DNA of 64,000 nt. It comes from a bacterium (lineage in GTDB: Bacteria > Bacillota_I > Bacilli_A > RF39 > UBA660). The DNA is taken from the NCBI GenBank assembly GCA_029100545.1, contig JAQXPH010000016.1:10008-74007 (forward strand). Reading direction: 5' to 3'. Shown one piece after another: positions 56,795 through 64,000 of this stretch (positions within the stretch are counted from its first letter, which is position 1; every line of letters starts with the position of its first letter). The notes beneath the pieces are model-generated. The model worked only from the letters and a program-made list of their open reading frames with translations, did no database searches and was not told where the DNA came from. Both the position numbers and the translations under genes were made by a program.

Positions 56795-58216
56795 ATGAAA
56801 GTAAGAACAAGATTTGCTCCATCACCAACAGGTTATATGCATATAGGTAATCTAAGAAGTGCATTATTTGCGTATTTAACTGCAAAAAGTATGGATGGAG
56901 ATTTTATTTTAAGAATTGAGGATACAGATCAAGAAAGAAAAGTTGATGGTGCTGTTGAATTTATTTTAAATACCCTTAATATGATGGGATTAAATCCTGA
57001 TGAAGGGGCTGAAAAAGGTGGAAATTTTGGACCATATTATCAAAGCCAAAGATTAGATATTTATAAAAAATATGCTGAGAAACTTGTTGAAGATGGTTAT
57101 GCATATTATTGTTTTTGTGATGAAGAAAGACTTGAAAAATTACGTGAGATAGCAAATGCTCGAAAAGTGCCTTTTACATATGACGGACATTGTTCTCATA
57201 TTCCTTTAGAAGAAGCAAAAAAAAGAATTGCTAATGGTGAAAAATATGTTATTCGCCAAAAAATGCCTAAAGAAGGGGTAACATCATATGTTGATACTGT
57301 ATATGGTGAAATAAAAGTTGAAAACTCAACTTTAGAAGATCAAATTCTAATTAAAAGTGATGGATTTCCAACTTATAATTTTGCAAATGTAATTGATGAT
57401 CATTTAATGGAAATTACTCATGTTAATAGGGGTAATGAATATTTATCTAGTACCCCAAAATATTTACTTCTTTATGAAGCATTTGGTTGGGAAAGTCCAA
57501 TATATATTCATCAACCTCTGGTTATTAAGGCTGATGGCACAAAAATAAGTAAAAGAAACAAAGATGATAATTTAATGGATTTAATATCAAGAGGTTTCTT
57601 ACCTGAAGCAATTATTAATTATATTGCATTAATTGGTTGGGCACCAAAAGATAATCAAGAATTCTTTTCTTTAAAAGAACTAGAAAAGGCATTTGATATT
57701 CATCGAATTTCAACTGCTCCGGGATGTTATGATATTAAAAAACTTGAGTGGTTTAATTCCCATTATATTAAAGAAATGGATGATGAAAAATATTTAAATT
57801 GGATAAAACCATTTTTAAAATTTGATATAAGTAATAAAAGCGATGATTGGATTAATAAATTACTTTTAACATATAAAACTCATATTAATTGTGGTGAAAT
57901 GATTAATGATGTTGTAAAAAATTTCTTCGCAAAAAGTTATGAACTTGATGATGAATGTAAAAATTTCTTAGCAAGTGATGAAATAATTCCTCTTGTTATT
58001 GAAAAATTTGCAAGTGAAATAGAACAAATTAATGATTGGAATACTGATAATATTAATATTGCTATTGAAAATACAAAAAATGGTTTAAATGTAAAAGGAA
58101 AACTTTTATATATGCCTTTAAGAATTAAAGCAAGTGGATTTATGCATGGCCCTGAACTTGATGCTTGTATTTATCTGCTTGGGAAAGAAAAAACATTAGA
58201 AAATTTAAGAAAATAA
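56795..58216 (+). CDS. gltX: Glutamate--tRNA ligase
   Basis: RFAPSPTGYMHIGNLRSALF (HIGH) and the KISKR motif; 473 aa. Confidence 0.9.
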   Translation: MKVRTRFAPSPTGYMHIGNLRSALFAYLTAKSMDGDFILRIEDTDQERKVDGAVEFILNTLNMMGLNPDEGAEKGGNFGPYYQSQRLDIYKKYAEKLVEDGYAYYCFCDEERLEKLREIANARKVPFTYDGHCSHIPLEEAKKRIANGEKYVIRQKMPKEGVTSYVDTVYGEIKVENSTLEDQILIKSDGFPTYNFANVIDDHLMEITHVNRGNEYLSSTPKYLLLYEAFGWESPIYIHQPLVIKADGTKISKRNKDDNLMDLISRGFLPEAIINYIALIGWAPKDNQEFFSLKELEKAFDIHRISTAPGCYDIKKLEWFNSHYIKEMDDEKYLNWIKPFLKFDISNKSDDWINKLLLTYKTHINCGEMINDVVKNFFAKSYELDDECKNFLASDEIIPLVIEKFASEIEQINDWNTDNINIAIENTKNGLNVKGKLLYMPLRIKASGFMHGPELDACIYLLGKEKTLENLRK

Positions 58217-58232
58217 GAAATGAGTGATAAAA

Positions 58233-59621
58233 ATGAAAATTTATAATACACTAACTCATAAATGTGAAGTATTTATTCCCTGGGAAGAAGGGAAAGTAAC
58301 ATTTTATACATGTGGGCCTACTGTTTATCATTATGCTCATATAGGAAATATGCGTAATTACATTGGTCATGATATTTTAGACAAAACTTTAAGATATTTA
58401 GGTTTTGATGTTAAAAGATGTATGAATATTACGGATGTTGGTCATTTAACTTCAGATTCTGATTCTGGAGATGATAAAATGGTAGAAAGCGCAAAAAAAG
58501 AACACAAAACTGTTCTTGAAATTGCAAAGTTTTATACTGATGCATTTTTTAAAGATTTTAATGCTTTAAATTGCCGCATGCCAGATATAGTTAGTAATGC
58601 CTCTGACAATATAAATGAATATATTAAGATAATTAGTACTCTTTTAGAAAAAGGGTATGCTTATAAATCTGGAGGTAACATTTACTTTGATGTTTCTAAA
58701 CTAAATGATTATTATGTATTAACTAATCATAAAGAAGATGAAATGGTTGTTGGTGCAAGGGAAGGTGTAGATTTTGATGATAATAAAAAAAATCAAGCAG
58801 ACTTTGCTTTATGGTTTACTAAATCAAAATTTGATAGTCAAGAATTAAAATGGGATTCACCTTTTGGAGTAGGTTATCCTGGTTGGCATATTGAATGCAC
58901 TGGCATATCCCTTAATTTTTTAGGAGAGCATCTTGATATTCATGGTGGAGGTGTTGATAATATTTTTCCCCATCATACTAATGAAATTGCTCAAAGTGAA
59001 AGTTATTTAGGACATAAATGGTGTAATTATTGGTTTCATAATGAACATTTAAATGATGAAAGTGGAAAGATGAGTAAAAGTAAAGGGGAAATATTAACTG
59101 TTTCAACTTTAATAAATAAAGGATATGATCCACTTGCTTTTAGATATATGTGCCTTCTTTCTCATTATCGAAGACAACTTACTTTTTCATATAGTTCTCT
59201 TGATGGAGCACAAAGTGCATACATAAAATTAAAAAACAAAGTTTTAAATTTAAATAAAGAAGGATCAATTAATAATGATTCATATCAGTTTTATAATGAT
59301 AAATTTATTTCATATTTAAAAGATGATTTAAATACTGCGAATGCGATTACTTTAATATTTGATTTACTTAAAGATGACCATTTAAATGATTATACTAAAT
59401 ATGAACTTATCAAAAAATGGGATGAAGTATTGTCACTTAATTTAACTAAAGAAAAATCACATAATTTAGATGAAAATTATATTAAAGATATGATTGAAAA
59501 AAGAAATGAAGCTAAAAAAAATAAAGATTATGCTTTAGCAGATTCTATTCGTGATGAACTTAATAGTAAAGGTATTATATTAAAAGATACAAAAGACGGA
59601 ACAATATATGAGGTAAAATAA
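58233..59621 (+). CDS. cysS: Cysteine--tRNA ligase
   Basis: YTCGPTVYHYAHIGNMRNY (HIGH) and the KMSKSKGE motif; zinc-binding Cys/His residues; 462 aa from the ATG at 58233. Confidence 0.9.
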   Translation: MKIYNTLTHKCEVFIPWEEGKVTFYTCGPTVYHYAHIGNMRNYIGHDILDKTLRYLGFDVKRCMNITDVGHLTSDSDSGDDKMVESAKKEHKTVLEIAKFYTDAFFKDFNALNCRMPDIVSNASDNINEYIKIISTLLEKGYAYKSGGNIYFDVSKLNDYYVLTNHKEDEMVVGAREGVDFDDNKKNQADFALWFTKSKFDSQELKWDSPFGVGYPGWHIECTGISLNFLGEHLDIHGGGVDNIFPHHTNEIAQSESYLGHKWCNYWFHNEHLNDESGKMSKSKGEILTVSTLINKGYDPLAFRYMCLLSHYRRQLTFSYSSLDGAQSAYIKLKNKVLNLNKEGSINNDSYQFYNDKFISYLKDDLNTANAITLIFDLLKDDHLNDYTKYELIKKWDEVLSLNLTKEKSHNLDENYIKDMIEKRNEAKKNKDYALADSIRDELNSKGIILKDTKDGTIYEVK

Positions 59622-59622
59622 A

Positions 59623-60288
59623 ATGGATTTATTATTAATTATAATTATTTTAGTAGTACCATTTATCGCAGATATTTTTGTTAAAACTACTTATCGTAAA
59701 TATTTAAAAATAGAAAATAATAAAAGATTAACAGGACAAGAAGTAGCAAGAAAAATACTTGATAAAAATGGTTTAGATAATGTTTATGTTGTTGAAACCG
59801 GAGGCTTTTTGTCAGATCACTATGATCCAAAAAGAAAAGTTGTAAGGCTTTCACATGCAGTGTATACAGGACAAAGCGTTGCATCTCTTGCAATTGCTTC
59901 ACATGAATGTGGACACGCTATTCAAGATAAAGAAGGATACTTTTTCTTAAAATTACGTTCTTTTATTTATCCTGTTGTAAACATTGCTACTTCAATTTCA
60001 TATTATATTATTTTAATTGGATTTATATTTGAACTTCTTGATTTAGTATATGTTGGAATAGCGCTTACTTCACTTGGACTTTTATTTCAAATTATTACTT
60101 TACCAGTTGAATTTAATGCAAGTAAAAGAGCAGGTAAAGAAATTGATAAATTAAAAATTGCTTCACTTGATGAAAAAAAAGGTGTAAAAAAAGTATTAAC
60201 AAGTGCAGCATTTACTTATGTAGCAGGAGTGCTTGCAAGTGCAGTTCAAATATTAAGACTTTTATTTATTGCAAGTGATAGAGATTAA
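59623..60288 (+). CDS. Putative membrane zinc metallopeptidase (Zn_peptidase_2 / YugP-like)
   Basis: N-terminal TM, HECGHAIQ (HEXXH), C-terminal TM helices; 221 aa. Confidence 0.6.
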   Translation: MDLLLIIIILVVPFIADIFVKTTYRKYLKIENNKRLTGQEVARKILDKNGLDNVYVVETGGFLSDHYDPKRKVVRLSHAVYTGQSVASLAIASHECGHAIQDKEGYFFLKLRSFIYPVVNIATSISYYIILIGFIFELLDLVYVGIALTSLGLLFQIITLPVEFNASKRAGKEIDKLKIASLDEKKGVKKVLTSAAFTYVAGVLASAVQILRLLFIASDRD

Positions 60289-60350
60289 AAATATATTGAA
60301 AAAAAATATAATTTTTGATATCATTAATATGAAAATAAAGGGATGCTAGT

Positions 60351-60632
60351 ATGATGAAAAAAGATTATATTGTAATAGAGGATAAAAATAAAAAAATTAA
60401 AGAAGTTTTTCTGATGGGAATGAAACACTCTAAAAAATATAATTATGATTATATTGCTTGTATTGAAAATTCTAGAGTAGTAATTTATCCTTTAATAAAA
60501 ATAAATGGAATAATATATTGTAATAATGTTACAAATAAAAAAGTATTAAATACTTTATATGAAGAATTTATGGATAATAATAATCAGCTATTAGATATAG
60601 CTATATTACCTGAAATAATAAAAACATATTAA
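60351..60632 (+). CDS. Small hypothetical protein
   Basis: 93-aa ORF after a GGGATG Shine-Dalgarno-like sequence; no motif. Confidence 0.35.
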   Translation: MMKKDYIVIEDKNKKIKEVFLMGMKHSKKYNYDYIACIENSRVVIYPLIKINGIIYCNNVTNKKVLNTLYEEFMDNNNQLLDIAILPEIIKTY

Positions 60633-60639
60633 CGAAAAA

Positions 60640-61704
60640 TTAATATGTTTTTTTGTATAAATCAATATATTCTTCTAAAGTAAGATTATTTTCATGTATT
60701 ATTTTAGCATTATCTTTTCCAACATATCTAATATGCCAATTTTCAAATTGATAACCTGTAATAAATTCTTTATTTTTAGGATATCTTATAATAAAACCAT
60801 ATTTGTAAGCATTTTTTTCAAGCCATGCATAGTTTTCATCGGTAAGTCTTAATGAACTATTTAGACTTATATTTTTTAAATCCATAGCAAGTCCAGTTTG
60901 ATGTTCAGAATATCCAGGTCTTGCGGAAAAAGTATCTGCTTGGATAGTTCCATAATTATTTACATAATTATCATATAAAGTTTTTTGAAAACTTTCTTCA
61001 CGAAATGCAGTGGTAGGCATAAAAGTTACATTAATTTCTTCTTTAGCTTTTTGTTGAAGGGACAAAAAATCTTCTTTTAAAACTCCTTTAATAGGTACCT
61101 TATTACCATAAGCTCCATCAATATAATCTAAATCTTTTGGTTTATAATTACTTGGTAAATAATAATATTTATTTACTAAAACAAGTAAATCATCTGGATT
61201 ATCAATTTGATTAGTTGTTTCATAATAAGGTATATCAATATTTATATTTACATATGTTATAACATTTTCATAACTATAATTAGTTTTATCTTTATAATTA
61301 TTATATCTATTTATTTTACTTACATCGAAATTTTTGTATTTATAATAATTTTTAATATCAACATAATCAATTTCTTTTAAAATATTTATATTTTTATCGC
61401 TTAATTTAAGTATATAATTAATTTCTTTTCCAGTATATCCTTTTGGTAAAAATGTAGTTAATATATTTTCAAAATTATCATTATCATTAAAAATAATATC
61501 TTTATATTCATTTAAATATTTTTCATCATAAATACCATTTAAAAGTACATATTCTAATGTTTTTGAATATAAACTTTCATCAATGTTATTTTCTTTCATA
61601 ACTCTTAAAGTAGTATTATCTTCTTTATTAAAATATTTATTTAAGAAAAAACAAATTAACAAAATTATTATTAAAATTACTATTATTTTAAATATTTTTT
61701 TCAT
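60640..61704 (-). CDS. D-alanyl-D-alanine carboxypeptidase, VanY/M15B family, membrane-anchored
   Basis: Signal/anchor; SARPGYSEHQTGLAMDL (the SxHxxGxAxD zinc-binding motif of VanY-type peptidases); C-terminal ENWH. Confidence 0.75.
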   Translation of the reverse strand: MKKIFKIIVILIIILLICFFLNKYFNKEDNTTLRVMKENNIDESLYSKTLEYVLLNGIYDEKYLNEYKDIIFNDNDNFENILTTFLPKGYTGKEINYILKLSDKNINILKEIDYVDIKNYYKYKNFDVSKINRYNNYKDKTNYSYENVITYVNINIDIPYYETTNQIDNPDDLLVLVNKYYYLPSNYKPKDLDYIDGAYGNKVPIKGVLKEDFLSLQQKAKEEINVTFMPTTAFREESFQKTLYDNYVNNYGTIQADTFSARPGYSEHQTGLAMDLKNISLNSSLRLTDENYAWLEKNAYKYGFIIRYPKNKEFITGYQFENWHIRYVGKDNAKIIHENNLTLEEYIDLYKKTY

Positions 61705-61735
61705 AATTATCTCAATATTATTTTACCATATTTTT

Positions 61736-63685
61736 TTATTTTAAACCTTTTAATTCAAAAATAATATCTCTTAGTTCCATTGCTTTTTCAAAATCTAAAT
61801 TTTTTGCGGCTTCTTTCATTTCATTTTCCATTTTATTTATCATTTTAATTTTATCATTTTTACTTAATTTAGTTTTAGTTTTTCCACTTTCATCAATAGT
61901 AGTAGGAGTATCTTTAATTGTTTTAATAATTGTTTTTGGAATTATATTATGATCTTTATTATACTTTTCTTGAATAGTTCTTCTTCTTTTAGTTTCTTTA
62001 ATTGCCTCATTCATAGCTTCGCTTATACTATCAGCATACATAATAATATGACCATTTTTATTCCTAGCGGCTCTTCCGATAGTTTGAATTAAACTACGCG
62101 AACTTCTTAAAAATCCTTGTTTATCAGCGTCAAGAATACATATTAAACTTACTTCAGGAATATCTAAGCCTTCTCTTAAAAGATTTATTCCAACAATACA
62201 ATCATATTTTCCACATCTTAAATCATGAATTATTTGAAGTCTTTCTAAAGTTTTAATTTCATTATGTAAATAGGCTACTTTAATATTTAAATTTTTTAAA
62301 TAATCGGTTAATTCTTCACTCATTTTAATAGTAAGTGTTGTAATTAATACTCTTTCATTTTTTTCTTTTAAAGTATTTATTTGACTAACAATATCATCAA
62401 TTTGACCTAAAGTAGGTTTAACTTCAATAGTGGGATCTAAAAGTCCTGTTGGTCTAATTATTTGTTCAATATATTTATTATTAGTTAACTCTAATTCATA
62501 ATCTCCTGGGGTAGCAGAAACGTATATAACTTGATTAATTTTATCATTAAACTCTTCGAATTTTAAAGGTCTATTATCAAGAGCACTTGGAAGACGAAAA
62601 CCATAATCTACTAAAGTTTGTTTACGTATTCTATCACCATTATACATGGCTCTTACTTGAGGTAAAGTAACATGACTTTCATCAATTACAAGTAAATAAT
62701 CTTTTGGAAAAAAGTCCATTAATGTAGTAGGAGTTTCACCCGCTTTTTTAAGTGATAAATGCCTTGAATAATTTTCTATGCCATTACAAAATCCTGTTTC
62801 TCTAAGCATTTCAATATCATAATTTGTTCTTTCTTTTAAACGTTGTTCCTCTACAAGTTTATTTTCATTGTGAAGTTCAGTAAGTCTTTGTTCAAGTTCT
62901 TCTTCAATATTTTTTATTGCTTTATCCATTGTTTCTTTACTTGTAACAAAAAGTGATGCTGGTGAAATAATTACTGTTTGTTTTCTTTTTAAAACACTTC
63001 CAGTTAATGGATCAAATATAGTAATAGATGAGACAATATCGTCTTCTAAAGTAATTTTTATTGCTTCACTTTTTTCATTAATTGGAACTATATCAATGCT
63101 ATTACCACGTACTCTAAATGTACCACGATGAAAATCAATTTCATTTCTTTCATAAGTCATGTCAACAAGTTTAGAAATAATAAAATTACGAGTAAAGTGA
63201 TCATTTAAATTAATAACAAACATATTTTTTTCATAATCTTCTTTTTGTCCAATATTATATATACAAGACACACTAGATACAACTATGACATCATCATAAT
63301 TAATAAGAGCAGATGTTGCTTTATGTCTAAGTTCATCTATTTCATCATTTATTGAAGAATCTTTTTCAATATAGGTATCTGATGATGGTACATATGCTTC
63401 AGGTTGATAATAATCATAATAAGAAACAAAATATTCAACATGATTTTCAGGAAACATTTCTTTAAGTTCAGCATAAAGTTGTCCTGCAAGTGTTTTATTA
63501 TGTGATAAAACTAGTGTTGGTTTATTAACTTCTTTTATTACATTTGCTATAGTAAATGTTTTTCCAGTACCTGTTGCTCCTAAAAGAACTTGATTTTTTT
63601 CTTTATTATTAATACCCTCAACTAATTTTTCAATAGCCTGAGGTTGATCTCCATTTGGTTTATATTCTGATACTAATTTAAACAT
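61736..63685 (-). CDS. uvrB: Excinuclease ABC subunit B
   Basis: QPQAIEKL...[17 protein letters not shown] (Walker A), helicase motifs (VIDESHVT; GRAARN) and the C-terminal UvrB/UvrC interaction motif ([11 protein letters not shown]). Confidence 0.95.
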   Translation of the reverse strand: MFKLVSEYKPNGDQPQAIEKLVEGINNKEKNQVLLGATGTGKTFTIANVIKEVNKPTLVLSHNKTLAGQLYAELKEMFPENHVEYFVSYYDYYQPEAYVPSSDTYIEKDSSINDEIDELRHKATSALINYDDVIVVSSVSCIYNIGQKEDYEKNMFVINLNDHFTRNFIISKLVDMTYERNEIDFHRGTFRVRGNSIDIVPINEKSEAIKITLEDDIVSSITIFDPLTGSVLKRKQTVIISPASLFVTSKETMDKAIKNIEEELEQRLTELHNENKLVEEQRLKERTNYDIEMLRETGFCNGIENYSRHLSLKKAGETPTTLMDFFPKDYLLVIDESHVTLPQVRAMYNGDRIRKQTLVDYGFRLPSALDNRPLKFEEFNDKINQVIYVSATPGDYELELTNNKYIEQIIRPTGLLDPTIEVKPTLGQIDDIVSQINTLKEKNERVLITTLTIKMSEELTDYLKNLNIKVAYLHNEIKTLERLQIIHDLRCGKYDCIVGINLLREGLDIPEVSLICILDADKQGFLRSSRSLIQTIGRAARNKNGHIIMYADSISEAMNEAIKETKRRRTIQEKYNKDHNIIPKTIIKTIKDTPTTIDESGKTKTKLSKNDKIKMINKMENEMKEAAKNLDFEKAMELRDIIFELKGLK

Positions 63686-63807
63686 AGATTTTTTCCTTTC
63701 TAAAGTATTTTATCATAAAAATATTTTTAATAAAACTTTTATTAGTATATTTATTTTTTTAATATTTATAAATTAAATAAATTGTGTTATATTTAATATG
63801 GTGATGA

Positions 63808-64000
63808 TATGAAAACTATTTATATATTTGGTCATAAAAATCCAGATACTGATTCAGTATGTAGTGCAATAGCTCTTGCTTATTTAAAAAATGCTCAAGG
63901 AATAAATGTAGCTCCTAAAGTAATTGGCCAAATTAATAATGGAACAAAATATGTCTTAAATAAATTTAATACACCATGCCCATCTTATATAAATGATGTT
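63808..64000 (+). CDS. DHH-family phosphoesterase, probably manganese-dependent inorganic pyrophosphatase (5' part; runs past the window edge)
   Basis: MKTIYIFGHKNPDTDSVCSAIALAYLKNAQG matches the PpaC/DHH N-terminal motif (FGHKNPDTDS.CS). Confidence 0.6.

Noticed and set aside
1-64000. Search for CRISPR arrays, rRNA genes, IS elements with terminal inverted repeats and transposases
   Set aside because: No regularly spaced 25-40-bp repeats with unique spacers, no rRNA-like conserved tracts, and no DDE transposase-like ORFs were seen. The only mobile-element signature is the serine-recombinase element at 27477..30690.

Overview
This 64-kb window is very AT-rich and looks like a low-GC Firmicute (Clostridia-like) chromosome, with sporulation-type genes (SleB/CwlJ-like hydrolase, a BclA-like collagen-repeat protein). 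All calls are from reading the sequence and the supplied ORF track; no similarity search, folding or structure prediction was run. Reading by eye, with both rho-independent terminators and promoters called from sequence motifs.

Housekeeping genes: a MarR regulator plus a heterodimeric ABC exporter pair, T-box leader and trpS, SAM-I riboswitch and a compact metK, addB-addA, rRNA methyltransferase and RluA pseudouridine synthase, tRNA-Asn, secE-nusG, uvrA, lgt, a trxB-like gene, gltX, cysS, uvrB, and a partial ppaC-like gene at the right edge.

Accessory and unusual content:
- A 3.2-kb integrative element (27477..30690) encodes a large serine recombinase, a RhuM-Doc fusion protein and a small candidate directionality factor. 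It sits inside the Walker-B region of an ssuB/tauB-like ABC ATPase gene, flanked by an 11-bp direct repeat and imperfect inverted repeats. Precise excision would rebuild the gene.
- A Tad/Flp-like pilus or secretion locus (about 39.7..52.1 kb) has CpaB, TadA/CpaF ATPase, TadB, TadC, a TadE-like protein and a degenerate TadZ. It has no recognisable prepilin peptidase, and also carries a 1281-aa Cys-rich secreted protein, a C39_2-like cysteine peptidase, two non-canonical Cys-rich pilin-like paralogs and a pair of small two-TM paralogs.
- A BclA-like (GPT/GAT)n collagen-repeat protein flanked by two divergent sortase-B-like genes. This block lies between the sulfonate/nitrate-type substrate-binding protein gene and its ATPase gene.
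- A tight five-gene operon of hydrolase-domain proteins (isochorismatase-like, HEXXH metalloprotease-like, C39-like, MBL-fold).
- Four palindrome-containing direct repeats upstream of tRNA-Asn, and an orphan ClpB-D1-only AAA+ gene just downstream of it.
- A frameshifted metallophosphoesterase, and three co-oriented helical-repeat proteins of unknown function.

Antisense ORFs in the ORF track, including all those across the collagen-repeat region, are treated as spurious.
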